Shown: piece by piece, positions 17,771 to 27,853 of the stretch
Position numbering within the stretch: the first letter of the stretch is position 1
Layout: every line of letters begins with the position of its first letter
Source: an uncultured Prolixibacteraceae bacterium
GTDB lineage: Bacteria; Bacteroidota; Bacteroidia; Bacteroidales; Prolixibacteraceae
Direction: 5' to 3'
NCBI GenBank assembly: GCA_964650525.1
Contig: CAZYUA010000005.1
Coordinates: forward strand, 48,436 to 112,435
Length of the DNA: 64,000 bases
Translations under genes and position numbers: made by a program
Notes under the pieces: generated by a model
What the model was told of the DNA's origin: nothing
Seen by the model: the letters and a program-made list of their open reading frames with translations, nothing else
Databases searched by the model: none

Positions 17771-19036
17771 ATGGACAGAGAAGTTCACGGTTATACCGTT
17801 ACAGCCCCTTCAGGTCCTTTACAGGGGAAAATCAGGCTGCCTTCCTCGAAAAGCATCAGTAACCGTCTGCTAATCCTGGGGGCCTTGTCGCAGACCTCCG
17901 AACGGATAGACAATCTTTCTGCAAGCGACGACACCCGGGTCATGGAGGAGGCTTTCCGTTCCGGCGGACCAGTGATCGATGTAGGTCATGCCGGCACGGC
18001 CATGCGGTTTCTGACCGCTTACCTGGCTATCACAGACGGGGATTGGGTGCTAACCGGCTCAGAACGGATGAAACAGAGGCCTGTCGGCATTCTGGTAGAT
18101 GCCCTCACCCAACTGGGAGCCCGGATTGAATACGCCGGGAAGAAAGGGTTTCCTCCTCTCCTGATCAAGGGATCTCCCCTCTCCGGCGGCACCGTGGTTA
18201 TGGATGGCAGTGTCAGCAGCCAGTATATCTCCGCCATGCTGATGATCGCTCCCACCCTGAAAGGCGGACTGACACTCCGCCTTGTCAACAGAATCACCTC
18301 CCGATCGTACATCCGGATGACCCTGCAACTGATGCAAAGGTCAGGAATCCGGCATGAATGGATAACGGGGACAGCACATGAAATCCGGATACCGGAACAA
18401 CCCTACCATCCCGGCCGTTTCACAGTCGAAGCCGATTGGTCGGCTGCCGGGTACTGGTATGAGATGCTGGCACTCGCTCCCGGCGGGGAAATGGAACTCA
18501 CGGGAGCCCGGCTCTCCGGGTTGCAGGGCGATGAGTCCATTGCCGGCTGGTCTGCCGGGTTTGGCATCCACACCCGCGAAACCGTCGAAGGTATTGTTAT
18601 CAGCAAAAAGAAAGAACTCAACCCACCCCGTCTTTTTCTGAAATTCCACGAGAATCCCGACCTGGCCCAAACCATGGCAGCCTTGTGCGTCGGGAAAAAA
18701 ATCCCTTTTCACTTTCTCGGCCTCGAGACCCTGAAAATTAAGGAAACCAACCGGATTGCCGCCTTGACGGAGGAATTGGCAAAATTCGGTGCCCGTCTTA
18801 CCGAACCGGGAGAAGGTCAGCTGAAATGGGACGGAACTACAACGGAAAGTCTGCCGGACCCGGTACTGGAAACCTATGGAGATCACCGGATGGCTATGGC
18901 ATTGGCTCCACTTAGTCTTACCGGAAACCCTGTAACCATTCTCGACCCCGGAGTGGTATCCAAATCCTATCCCCGGTTTTGGGAGGACCTCATCCAATCC
19001 GGATTCATTGTCACCGGTTTCCCGCCACCAGCATAA
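17771..19036 (+). CDS. aroA: 3-phosphoshikimate 1-carboxyvinyltransferase (EPSP synthase)
   Basis: LPSSKSISNRLLILGAL, GHAGTAMRFL, ERMKQRPV and GDHRMAMA blocks. I place the start at the internal ATG at 17771 (MDREVHGY), 14 nt after the aroB stop. The tracked ORF start at 17603 overlaps aroB in another frame. Confidence 0.85.
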   Translation: MDREVHGYTVTAPSGPLQGKIRLPSSKSISNRLLILGALSQTSERIDNLSASDDTRVMEEAFRSGGPVIDVGHAGTAMRFLTAYLAITDGDWVLTGSERMKQRPVGILVDALTQLGARIEYAGKKGFPPLLIKGSPLSGGTVVMDGSVSSQYISAMLMIAPTLKGGLTLRLVNRITSRSYIRMTLQLMQRSGIRHEWITGTAHEIRIPEQPYHPGRFTVEADWSAAGYWYEMLALAPGGEMELTGARLSGLQGDESIAGWSAGFGIHTRETVEGIVISKKKELNPPRLFLKFHENPDLAQTMAALCVGKKIPFHFLGLETLKIKETNRIAALTEELAKFGARLTEPGEGQLKWDGTTTESLPDPVLETYGDHRMAMALAPLSLTGNPVTILDPGVVSKSYPRFWEDLIQSGFIVTGFPPPA

Positions 19037-19155
19037 CCGGACTATTTCACGGCAACTCTTCCCGCTCCCGAACCTGGAGATATCTTACGCTTCTTCGAAT
19101 CATACCTTTTATTGGCAGGTACGGGAATAACAGACCATGGAACAGTTCCCCACAG

Positions 19156-20250
19156 CTACAGCTTGATGAAGATTTTTTTCCGGTACAGCACATACGCCGG
19201 GATGAAGAGGAAGCCGACGTACAGGAGCGCATAGAGGAGGCTGACCAGTTTAGGCTCTGCACCAGTGCCTGTCAGGATATTCATAAAGTGGGTCCTCAGG
19301 GGGGTGCCACCCACCGGGACACCGTATAAAAGGTAACCCACAAGTCCTGCCAGAACATATACCGATATGGCGTTGGAACCGAAAATGACCCAGGGTCTGG
19401 CATATTTCCGGTGACCCAGGTAATCGACCAGGAACATGCTGGCAGCTAAAGTCATCGAAGCCAGTCCGGAGGTAGCCATCACAAACGAACTGGTCCACAG
19501 GGCTTTGTTCAGCGGAAAATGCCAGCTCCACACCACCCCCAGGGTGGCGGCCAGGAACCCGGCCGTAAACAGCCAGATGATCTTGTGCTCGGCCGTCCTT
19601 TTACTGACAATCAGGGTGCCAGCCAGCATCCCGGTGATTCCCGAGGCTATGGCAGGCAGTGTGCTGAGCAACCCTTCCGGATCCCAGGTCTTCTGCCACA
19701 TCCTGCCGGGTAACAGGTAAGAATCAACCCAGGCAGCCAGATTGACACCCGGCTCCAGCATGGGCTGCCCGTATCCGGGTGTAGGAATGAACATCATGGC
19801 CAGCCAGTAACCCACCAACAAAACCGCTGCTACTATAGCCTGCCTTTTCCAGCGGCTGTAAAGAAACAGCAAGCCGCACACCAGAAATACCAGTGCAATC
19901 CGCTGCAAAACGCCGGCTACCCTCAGTTCACCAAAGTTAAACCGGGGATACAAGCTAAGAAAAATACCCACTGCAAAAATCTTGACAGCCCGCCAGACGA
20001 TCTTCCTGACCATCTCCCTTTTCGGAAGTCCTGATTCCATCCTTTTCGTATAGGCAAGAGCAATAGATACCCCGACAATAAAAATGAAAAACGGAAAAAT
20101 CAGGTCTGTGGGGGTGATGCCATGCCAGGGCTTGTGCATCAACGGAGCAAATACCTTACTCCAGCTTCCGGGGTTGTTCACCATAATCATGGCAGCAATG
20201 GTAAATCCTCTGAAAGCATCCAGCGATATCAGCCGTTCATTCTCTTTCAT
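19156..20250 (-). CDS. DUF5009 / heparan-alpha-glucosaminide N-acetyltransferase-like (NagX-type) membrane protein
   Basis: N-terminal RLISLDAFRGFTIAAMIMVNNPGSW motif and about 10 hydrophobic segments, characteristic of the HGSNAT/NagX-like acyltransferase family. Confidence 0.7.
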   Translation of the reverse strand: MKENERLISLDAFRGFTIAAMIMVNNPGSWSKVFAPLMHKPWHGITPTDLIFPFFIFIVGVSIALAYTKRMESGLPKREMVRKIVWRAVKIFAVGIFLSLYPRFNFGELRVAGVLQRIALVFLVCGLLFLYSRWKRQAIVAAVLLVGYWLAMMFIPTPGYGQPMLEPGVNLAAWVDSYLLPGRMWQKTWDPEGLLSTLPAIASGITGMLAGTLIVSKRTAEHKIIWLFTAGFLAATLGVVWSWHFPLNKALWTSSFVMATSGLASMTLAASMFLVDYLGHRKYARPWVIFGSNAISVYVLAGLVGYLLYGVPVGGTPLRTHFMNILTGTGAEPKLVSLLYALLYVGFLFIPAYVLYRKKIFIKL

Positions 20251-20332
20251 ATCTCAAGCTGTTTTGGTTTAGAAATCGTAAAGAACTATCTTTAAAGCGA
20301 TAATCAATGGCCAAACTATAAAATTTCTGTTT

Positions 20333-22921
20333 ATGAAACATCATTTGATGGTATATTATTTATGCCTGGCTTTGCCGGGGTTTTGGGGTTGTAAACAAAA
20401 CTCCCTGCCCGGAGGAGAGTTGTTATCGCTCGAATGGAAAGTGATCAGCAACGACTTCGATCCCCAACCCGCTGTAAAAGCACAGTTCACCCTGACAAAC
20501 AACAGCAACCTGGAGTTAACCGGCCGGAATTGGGCCTTGTTTTACAACCAGTCGCCACGGCAGATTCTCCGGAGCAGCAACTTCACAAAAATCACCCACT
20601 TAAGCGGGGACTGGTATAAACTGGAACCGCTGGAGGGATTTCTCCTGAAGCCGGGTGAAAAAACGGATATTTCTTACGAAGCCTCAGTCTGGTGGATCAA
20701 AGTTTCGGATGCTCCCCTGGGACCCTATTTCGTCTTTTACGACAAAAAAGGAAAAGAAAGGAAGGTCACCCCTGCAGTAAATTATACCATTTCCCCTTTT
20801 ACCGCTCCGGAACAGGTTTCCCGCCACCGAGTCGACCTGGAACCATTGCCTGATCCCTCCCTCCGATACAAACGCAACCTGGAATTGACCGATCTTTCTG
20901 AAGAACACCTGCCCCTGGTAATACCCACACCGTTAAAAGCAGAAATTTCGCAGGAGTGGATATTTTTTGACACACCGCCTGCCCTGTTGTACGAAAAAGG
21001 GTTGGAAACTGAAGCAAGCTTTGCAGCAGGAGTGATGGAAAGGATCGCCGGCAGCGCTGTTTCTTTCCGGGAAGCCGGTGAGCCTGCCCCGAACAGTATC
21101 TATCTGGGCCTTACGCCTTCCGGAGCCAGCGGGTTTTCCCGGGAAGCCTACCGGTTAGACATCAGGAAAGACAAGTCTGTAATCATCAGCGGGAGTGATC
21201 CTGCAGGAGTATTTTACGGTATCCAGAGCCTTATCGCACTCTTATCGCCGGAAGCCATTGCGGGCACCAATGCCTCCCCTGTCGCGCTGCCGGTGGTTAC
21301 CCTGGTGGATGCGCCCCGTTTCCCCTACCGGGGTCTCCATATCGATGTGGCCCGCAATTTCCAGACCAGGGAGACCCTCCTGAAAATGATTGATCTGATG
21401 GCTTTTTACAAACTAAACTACCTGATGCTTTACCTTTCGGAAGACGAAGGATGGCGCATCGCTATAGAATCCCTTCCTGAACTGACGGAGGTGGGGTCGC
21501 GCAGGGGCCACACCTCCAAAGAAGGAATCAACTGGCTCCATCCTTCGTATGGGTCCGGTCCTTTTCCCGGCCAGGAAGGATCGTTCGGGAGTGGTTTTTA
21601 CTCCCGTGAAACCTTCATGGAGATCCTGACCTATGCGCAACAGCGCCATATCAGCATCATCCCGACCATCAACCTTCCGGGCCATTCGCGGGCTGCCATC
21701 AGGGCCATGGAAGCCCGTTACCAGCGATTCATGAAAGAAGGAAACGAAGAAAAAGCCCAAGAGTTCCGGCTGATCGATCCGGATGACCAATCCGTCTATT
21801 CATCAGCCCAATCGTATAACGACAATGTCGTCTGCGTGGCCCGTGAGTCGGTGTACCGGTTTTACGAAACCGTCATTGACGAAATCATCAGCATGTACCG
21901 GGATGCAGGAGTGCCCCTGGAGTATTTCCATACCGGGGGTGACGAAGTGCCGGAAGGAGCCTGGAGTCAATCCCCCCTTTGCCGGGCACTGATGGATAGC
22001 GTTCCGGAGCTTGCGGATCCCCGGAACCTGCAGGGCTATTTTCTGGGTAAGGTTGTGGATATCCTGGAAAAGAAAAATCTGAAAACCGGGGGATGGGAAG
22101 AGGTCGCGCTGATGAGAACGGCAGACGGACAAATGGTTCCCAATCCTGCATTTACCGGCAGACAGGTGGTACCCTGGGCCTGGAACAACATGGGGGTTTG
22201 GGCCAACCTGGCCTACCGACTGACCAATGCAGGCTATCCGGTGGTGATGTGCGATGTTTCCAATTTTTATTTCGACTTCGCATACGACAAAGATCCGGAA
22301 GAACCGGGGCTCTACTGGGGAGGCTTTTGTGATGTACGCAATGCCTGGCAGTTTGCCCCGTACCATTCTTTTTACACCAACCTGAAGACCGCGATGGGCC
22401 GGAACATCGACCCTGAAGTGGAATTCAGGGGTCTGGAAAGGCTGAATCCTGAAGCCAGGAAGAACATCCTGGGGTTGCAGGCGCAGCTATGGTCTGAAAC
22501 CATCCGTGGGCCCGCGATGCTGGAATACCTGGCGTTGCCCAAACTGATAGGGTTCGCCGAAACAGCCTGGGGAAAAGCACGCCCCTGGGAAAGTGAAGCC
22601 AATCCCGCCAAAAGAAAACAGCTGATGGATGAAGGGTGGAACCAGTTTGCCAATGTCCTGGGCAAACGTGAGCTGCCCCGGCTCAGCAGGCTTTCCGGGG
22701 GCTTCAACTACCGGGTCCCCCCTCCGGGAGCAGTCATTGAAGAAGAATATCTTAAGGCTAATGTGGAGTATCCCGGCCTTACCATCCGCTATACCACCGA
22801 TGGCAGCGAGCCAACAGCACAATCCTCCCTTTATTCAGAACCGGTGCAGGTGAGCGGCGAAGTCCTGCTGAAAGCCTTTGATGCCGCGGGAAAGAGCAGC
22901 AGGGTGGTGAGGGTGCCCTGA
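20333..22921 (+). CDS. GH20 beta-N-acetylhexosaminidase, chitobiase-type multidomain architecture
   Basis: Signal/lipoprotein-like N-terminus (LALPGFWGC). GH20 catalytic blocks RFPYRGLHIDVARNF, INLPGHSRAA and HTGGDEV (catalytic D-E pair). About 300 aa of N-terminal extra domains and a C-terminal extra domain, as in chitobiases. Confidence 0.9.
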   Translation: MKHHLMVYYLCLALPGFWGCKQNSLPGGELLSLEWKVISNDFDPQPAVKAQFTLTNNSNLELTGRNWALFYNQSPRQILRSSNFTKITHLSGDWYKLEPLEGFLLKPGEKTDISYEASVWWIKVSDAPLGPYFVFYDKKGKERKVTPAVNYTISPFTAPEQVSRHRVDLEPLPDPSLRYKRNLELTDLSEEHLPLVIPTPLKAEISQEWIFFDTPPALLYEKGLETEASFAAGVMERIAGSAVSFREAGEPAPNSIYLGLTPSGASGFSREAYRLDIRKDKSVIISGSDPAGVFYGIQSLIALLSPEAIAGTNASPVALPVVTLVDAPRFPYRGLHIDVARNFQTRETLLKMIDLMAFYKLNYLMLYLSEDEGWRIAIESLPELTEVGSRRGHTSKEGINWLHPSYGSGPFPGQEGSFGSGFYSRETFMEILTYAQQRHISIIPTINLPGHSRAAIRAMEARYQRFMKEGNEEKAQEFRLIDPDDQSVYSSAQSYNDNVVCVARESVYRFYETVIDEIISMYRDAGVPLEYFHTGGDEVPEGAWSQSPLCRALMDSVPELADPRNLQGYFLGKVVDILEKKNLKTGGWEEVALMRTADGQMVPNPAFTGRQVVPWAWNNMGVWANLAYRLTNAGYPVVMCDVSNFYFDFAYDKDPEEPGLYWGGFCDVRNAWQFAPYHSFYTNLKTAMGRNIDPEVEFRGLERLNPEARKNILGLQAQLWSETIRGPAMLEYLALPKLIGFAETAWGKARPWESEANPAKRKQLMDEGWNQFANVLGKRELPRLSRLSGGFNYRVPPPGAVIEEEYLKANVEYPGLTIRYTTDGSEPTAQSSLYSEPVQVSGEVLLKAFDAAGKSSRVVRVP

Positions 22922-22957
22922 GACGAGGGGAAGAGGGGGACGCTCAAACCGAAAAAG

Positions 22958-23443
22958 TCAGGTTGCCTGTCTCCGTGCCGAAAAGAACGCTTTCATCAGG
23001 GTGGAACATTCGTGTTCCAGCACGCCCCCTGTGACTTCCGTCTTTGGATGGAGGGTACCGGGGGCGACTTTCTGAAAACCCCGTTTTTCATCCCGGGCTC
23101 CAAAGACCAGGCGACCTGCCTGGGCCCATCCGAGGGCTGCCGCACACATGGCACAAGGTTCCACGGTGACATATACGGTGCATTGGTCAAGGTATTTTCC
23201 TCCCAGTTGGTTAGCTGCCGAAGTAATGGCCTGCATTTCGGCATGGGCGGTCACATCGTTCAGCCTTTCGGTCTGGTTATGCGCCCTGGCCAGGATCCGG
23301 CCTGCTGCCACCACAACACTACCCACAGGAACCTCTCCTTCGGAAAAAGCCAAACGGGCTTCTGCCAGGGCTTTCTTCATATAATAGGTATCATCGTATG
23401 GCTCCATTTCCTCTTTTCCCTGAGTGGCTAAACAAGCTTTCAC
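22958..23443 (-). CDS. tadA: tRNA adenosine(34) deaminase
   Basis: Zinc-deaminase motifs HAEMQAI and PCAMCAAAL. Size is typical of TadA. The start is uncertain, and an internal ATG at 23407 (MEPYDDTYYMKKAL) is equally plausible. Confidence 0.8.
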   Translation of the reverse strand: MKACLATQGKEEMEPYDDTYYMKKALAEARLAFSEGEVPVGSVVVAAGRILARAHNQTERLNDVTAHAEMQAITSAANQLGGKYLDQCTVYVTVEPCAMCAAALGWAQAGRLVFGARDEKRGFQKVAPGTLHPKTEVTGGVLEHECSTLMKAFFSARRQAT

Positions 23444-23497
23444 CGGTTTAAAATTGCATAATTTTGGCTATTTTTGCAACTTCCATAAACGAACGAT

Positions 23498-25252
23498 ATG
23501 TACAGAACCAACACATGCGGTGAACTGAGAATCGATCACTGCGGCCGTGAGGTCATCCTTTCCGGCTGGGTGCAACGGGTCCGCGACCTGGGGGCCATGA
23601 CTTTCATTGATCTGCGCGACCGGTACGGGGTGACCCAACTGGTGGCTGACGAAAAAACGGGGCCCGGTGTTAAGGAGCAAATTTCCCGTCTGGGACGTGA
23701 ATTTGTGATCCAGGTGACAGGCCGGGTCAGGGAACGGACCAGCAAAAACAAAAACATCCCCACCGGAGAGGTGGAAGTGGAACTCACATCGGTCAAAGTA
23801 TTGAGTGCATCAGCCATACCTCCCTTTACCATTCAGAACGATACCGACGGAGGCGATGACCTTCGGATGAAATATCGCTATCTGGATCTCCGCCGGCCTG
23901 CTATTCAGCAGAACCTCTTTCTTCGCGCCCGTATGGCTCAGGTAGCCCGCAATTATTTGTCAGAAGCAGGATTCATAGAAGTGGAAACCCCTGTTTTGAT
24001 CAAATCTACACCGGAAGGAGCCCGCGACTTCGTGGTCCCCTCACGCATGAACCCCGGCGAATTTTACGCCCTTCCACAGTCTCCCCAGATTTTCAAACAA
24101 CTGCTCATGGTGGCCGGGTTTGACAAGTATTTCCAGATCGTGAAATGCTTCCGCGACGAAGACCTCCGCGCAGACCGGCAGCCGGAATTCACCCAGATCG
24201 ACTGCGAAATGTCGTTTGTGGAACAGGAAGATGTGTTGAACACTTTCGAAGGCCTGACCCGTCACCTTTTCACCCAAACCCTGGGAATCGAAACAGGGTA
24301 CTTTCCCCGGATGTCGTATGCTGAAGCCATGAACAGCTATGGTTCTGATAAACCCGATATCCGTTTCGGGATGAAACTTACCGATGTTACCCATAACGCC
24401 AAAGGCAAAGGCTTTACCGTATTTGACGGAGCCCCTTATATCGGCGGGATCTGTGCGGAAGGATGCGGAGATTATACCCGCAAGCAGCTCGACGAACTCA
24501 CTGAATGGGTCAAACGGCCCCAGATCGGGGCTAAAGGGCTGGTGCATATCCGGATGAATCCCGACGGAACCATTAAATCATCGATCGACAAATTCTTTAA
24601 TCCCGATGAACTGAAGGATCTGGCCTTTCATTTCAGGGCAAAAACCGGAGATCTCATTCTTATCATCCCGGGAGACAAGGAAAAAACACAAACGGCACTC
24701 GGCACTCTGAGGCTGGAAATGGCCAACCGGTTGGGACTTCGCCCGAAGGAAAGCTTCCAGCCCCTGTGGGTTGTTGATTTCCCGCTGCTGGAATGGAACG
24801 AGGAGAATTCGCGGTGGTCGGCGATGCACCACCCTTTCACGTCGCCCAAACCTGAAGACATTCCCCTGCTCGACAGCGATCCGGGAAACGTTCGCGCCAA
24901 TGCCTACGACCTGGTGATCAACGGTGTGGAGATCGGCGGCGGATCGGTACGGATTTTCGATCCTGCCCTTCAGGCAAAGATGTTCAAAGTGCTGGGATTT
25001 ACTCCGGAACAGGCAGAGGCACAATTCGGGTTTCTGATGAACGCCTTTACCTATGGCGCCCCCCCCCATGCAGGGATTGCCTTTGGCTTCGACAGACTGG
25101 TTTCTATGTTTGCCGGACTCGATTCGATACGCGACGTCATTGCTTTTCCCAAAAACAACTCAGGACGTGACGTGATGAACAATTCCCCAGCCCCCATCAG
25201 CGAAGAGCAGCTCAAGGAGCTGTTTCTTACAGTAAATCTGGTACGTACTTAA
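23498..25252 (+). CDS. aspS: aspartate--tRNA ligase
   Basis: N-terminal OB fold ([22 protein letters not shown]), class II motif 2 [24 protein letters not shown], and motif 3 [20 protein letters not shown]. Confidence 0.95.
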   Translation: MYRTNTCGELRIDHCGREVILSGWVQRVRDLGAMTFIDLRDRYGVTQLVADEKTGPGVKEQISRLGREFVIQVTGRVRERTSKNKNIPTGEVEVELTSVKVLSASAIPPFTIQNDTDGGDDLRMKYRYLDLRRPAIQQNLFLRARMAQVARNYLSEAGFIEVETPVLIKSTPEGARDFVVPSRMNPGEFYALPQSPQIFKQLLMVAGFDKYFQIVKCFRDEDLRADRQPEFTQIDCEMSFVEQEDVLNTFEGLTRHLFTQTLGIETGYFPRMSYAEAMNSYGSDKPDIRFGMKLTDVTHNAKGKGFTVFDGAPYIGGICAEGCGDYTRKQLDELTEWVKRPQIGAKGLVHIRMNPDGTIKSSIDKFFNPDELKDLAFHFRAKTGDLILIIPGDKEKTQTALGTLRLEMANRLGLRPKESFQPLWVVDFPLLEWNEENSRWSAMHHPFTSPKPEDIPLLDSDPGNVRANAYDLVINGVEIGGGSVRIFDPALQAKMFKVLGFTPEQAEAQFGFLMNAFTYGAPPHAGIAFGFDRLVSMFAGLDSIRDVIAFPKNNSGRDVMNNSPAPISEEQLKELFLTVNLVRT

Positions 25253-25255
25253 AAT

Positions 25256-25300
25256 AAGAAAGCTGCTTCTTGTGGAAGCAGCTTCTCTTTCTGTTTGTTT
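25256..25300. terminator. bidirectional rho-independent terminator between convergent aspS and exbD
   Basis: 9-bp stem agctgcttc (25261-25269) / gaagcagct (25275-25283) with loop ttgtg. T-rich on the plus side (tctctttctgtttgttt), and T-rich on the minus strand after the hairpin (ttcttatttt). Confidence 0.7.
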
Positions 25301-25309
25301 ATCCCAAGA

Positions 25310-25780
25310 TTACAGATTGGTCATTCTTTTCTTTGCTGAATAGTTGATATGCAAGGCAGATGCCCGCCTGAGCTCCTGCTTGATATCCTGCACAATCTTC
25401 ATCTGTGTGAATTCATCGATCTTCAACGAAGTGACCATTTGTGGAACTTCAACTTCATCCCTGGCTTGTCTTTCAACAACGATAAAGTTTACGATATCAC
25501 TGACTTCTGAAAATTGGTCATTCAATTGAATCCTGGGCTCATTGCCATACACAGAAACATATTGGTTATTCGGTACACCGACATAGATGTTACTCACCAA
25601 ACTTTTTTTCTCCAGTTTTGTCAATTCTGTGCCTTGGGGCAAAGACTGGTGGACCATCACAGTCACGTCCCTCATCTTCACCACTGACATGAAAAAGAAC
25701 AACAACATGAAAACAATGTCAGGGAGAGAAGCAGTAGAAATGGCCGGCAGCTCTTTTTTTTCTTTTCTGAATCTAGCCAT
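25310..25780 (-). CDS. exbD: ExbD/TolR biopolymer transport protein
   Basis: Short cytoplasmic N-terminus then a single TM (LPDIVFMLLFFFM) and a periplasmic domain. I prefer the ATG at 25780 (MARFRKEKK), which abuts the upstream exbD stop. The tracked start at 25795 would overlap it by 14 nt. Confidence 0.8.
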   Translation of the reverse strand: MARFRKEKKELPAISTASLPDIVFMLLFFFMSVVKMRDVTVMVHQSLPQGTELTKLEKKSLVSNIYVGVPNNQYVSVYGNEPRIQLNDQFSEVSDIVNFIVVERQARDEVEVPQMVTSLKIDEFTQMKIVQDIKQELRRASALHINYSAKKRMTNL

Positions 25781-25781
25781 G

Positions 25782-26354
25782 TTATTTCCCTCCAACTTTT
25801 TTAGGTTCAGCTTCAGATATTCTTTGCGGGTAAATCTCCCTCACTGCATCTTGCTGCTCACTGGTCAGCAGGTCTAAAGGTTTACCGAATTTAGACATGG
25901 CCAGTTCATTCCTGAGTTCATTGACCGCCCCGACTAATTCGTTCTGGACTGCCAGATAGACGCCGTATTGGGTACCTAAATCGTTCTGGAGGGAAATGAC
26001 CCCTTTGGTAATCGGATACTCCCCGAAGAAATCAACTTCTTTGACCTCTTTTTCAGGGAGGTTTTCTGCATCCGTTGGGTTTTCAAGGAACTCCTTGGCT
26101 CTTTCGCGGAGTTGTCCGATCTGGAGCCATTCTCCTTCAACCAGCAATTGGTTATCCTTGTTTACCAGCACGATAAATACATTTCTTTCCTTGATTGGCG
26201 GAGCGTCATCTTGTTCTACATCAGGAGCCAAAGGTGGCAGGCGTCTCTCCAGTCCTATATCTGTATTCATCGAGGAAGTGGTCAGAAAAAAGATCAGGAG
26301 GAGAAAAGCGATGTCGGCCAGTGACGCTGAAGGTATTTCAGGTGGTTTTCTCAT
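25782..26354 (-). CDS. exbD: ExbD/TolR biopolymer transport protein (longer paralog)
   Basis: SASLADIAFLLLIFFLTT TM anchor typical of ExbD/TolR. 190 aa. Confidence 0.8.
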   Translation of the reverse strand: MRKPPEIPSASLADIAFLLLIFFLTTSSMNTDIGLERRLPPLAPDVEQDDAPPIKERNVFIVLVNKDNQLLVEGEWLQIGQLRERAKEFLENPTDAENLPEKEVKEVDFFGEYPITKGVISLQNDLGTQYGVYLAVQNELVGAVNELRNELAMSKFGKPLDLLTSEQQDAVREIYPQRISEAEPKKVGGK

Positions 26355-26393
26355 ACATTTTTTTTTTACCGGTTACGTAAAAATTTCATCAGT

Positions 26394-26849
26394 TTACTTG
26401 AAGTAACGGCTCACTGATGAATACAGCAAAGCGACAAATGACAAACCAAAAATAATATAGGTGGAGTAGAGCGCGGTATCAATCACCCGGGTAATCGTAG
26501 GGGTAATGGTACCATCATCAATAAACTTCTCAACACCGAAGAATTTCGGGTATTCGTTTGATCCAAGCATCCACGAAATCAAAACGATCAAAAGAACGAC
26601 GCCTATTCCGAGCAGGCTTCCCTTGGCCGATTTAAGATTTGTAAAGAACTGATAAAGCGAAAACAGCAGGAGAACAACCACTGACACGAACAGCAGTACA
26701 TAGGCCCACCGCAGGTTGATTGTGATCCAGTTACCCATGGTTGAATCGGTGATATCGGGGCTGATACTGGATACGAGGGCTACAATCAGAATCACCGAAA
26801 CCACACTAATGATCAACAGGGTAAGGAAGGGAATATTCAGCTTCTTCAT
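26394..26849 (-). CDS. hypothetical 4-TM membrane protein embedded in the exbB-exbD operon
   Basis: Four hydrophobic segments by eye. Its start lies 1 nt after the exbB stop. No family recognised. Confidence 0.55.
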   Translation of the reverse strand: MKKLNIPFLTLLIISVVSVILIVALVSSISPDITDSTMGNWITINLRWAYVLLFVSVVVLLLFSLYQFFTNLKSAKGSLLGIGVVLLIVLISWMLGSNEYPKFFGVEKFIDDGTITPTITRVIDTALYSTYIIFGLSFVALLYSSVSRYFK

Positions 26850-26850
26850 A

Positions 26851-27675
26851 TTATGCTTTTTTGAGGTTGTGCTTTACCAACAGGTCGATAAAGGCAATGC
26901 TGGAATCTTCCATGTCCCCAACAAGGCTGTCAATTTTGCTCAGAAAATAATTATAAAAGACCTGAAGGATAATAGCGACGATCAAACCACCGACGGTAGT
27001 GATCAAAGCCACCTTGATCCCTGCGGCGACCAACGTGGGGCTGATGTCACCAGCCTGCTCGATGGCATCGAAAGCAGCGATCATCCCAACAACAGTACCG
27101 AGGAACCCGAACATGGGGGCCAACGCGATAAACAATCCGATCCAGCTTAGGTTTCTTTCCAGAAGGCTGGCCTGAACCCCACCGTATGCAACAACTGATT
27201 TTTCAGCAACATCAAGTCCTTCGTGCGACCTGTCAAGCCCCTGATAAAAAATGCTGGCCACCGGGCCTCTTGTATTGCGGCAAACCTCCTTGGCAGCCAC
27301 AATACCACCGTTTGCAAGTGCATCTTCAACCTTGACGAGCAACTTTTTTGTATTTGATGACGCCATGTTAAGGTAAATGATTCTTTCAATACAGAAAGCC
27401 AAACCAAGAACAAGACAGATGAGGATAGGAGTCATCCAGATCGGACCCCCTTCGATGAATTTCTGTTTCAGGGCGCTGTGAAGCGATCTTCCTTCTTCAG
27501 CCTTAACCGCGGCTTCTTCAACCGGATCAGCAGTTACTGCTTCTGCCGGTGCAGATGCAGCAGAACTGTCAACCGCCTGTGTTGTGGCTGCCGGTTGGTC
27601 CTGGGCAACAACAGAGTTTGATGCTACAAAAAAAAGCATCCCCAATACTGCAAACAATGCAAATAGTTTTTTCAT
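26851..27675 (-). CDS. exbB: MotA/TolQ/ExbB proton-channel protein with N-terminal signal peptide and Ala/Glu-rich extension
   Basis: C-terminal TM pair with LAPMFGFLGTVVGMIAAF and GIKVALITTVGGLIVAI, typical of ExbB/TolQ. Signal-like N-terminus LFALFAVLGMLFFVASNS. Confidence 0.85.
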   Translation of the reverse strand: MKKLFALFAVLGMLFFVASNSVVAQDQPAATTQAVDSSAASAPAEAVTADPVEEAAVKAEEGRSLHSALKQKFIEGGPIWMTPILICLVLGLAFCIERIIYLNMASSNTKKLLVKVEDALANGGIVAAKEVCRNTRGPVASIFYQGLDRSHEGLDVAEKSVVAYGGVQASLLERNLSWIGLFIALAPMFGFLGTVVGMIAAFDAIEQAGDISPTLVAAGIKVALITTVGGLIVAIILQVFYNYFLSKIDSLVGDMEDSSIAFIDLLVKHNLKKA

Positions 27676-27731
27676 AACTGTTTTGAATTTAATTAATAAT
27701 CTTCTAGATTTTTGTAGTTGTAAATTTGTTC

Positions 27732-27762
27732 CAAATTTATAATATCATTGACATTATTCAAA
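27732..27762 (-). promoter_or_regulatory. Bacteroidota sigma-A type promoter for the exbB operon (-33 TTTG / -7 TAnnTTTG)
   Basis: Minus strand reads cTTTTGaataatgtcaatgatattaTAAATTTGg. TTTG is at 27762-27759, TAAATTTG at 27739-27732, with a 19-nt spacer. The -7 box lies about 57 nt upstream of the exbB ATG. Confidence 0.55.
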
Positions 27763-27853
27763 AGCAGCAGCCATTTTTTTCAACATAATGCAACCTTTAT
27801 TTCAAAAATTGCAAATGAATAACAACCTCATCTGAAGGTTTCATTCATCAATG

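Noticed and set aside
18341-18997. 218-aa minus-strand ORF
   Set aside because: In-phase shadow of aroA.
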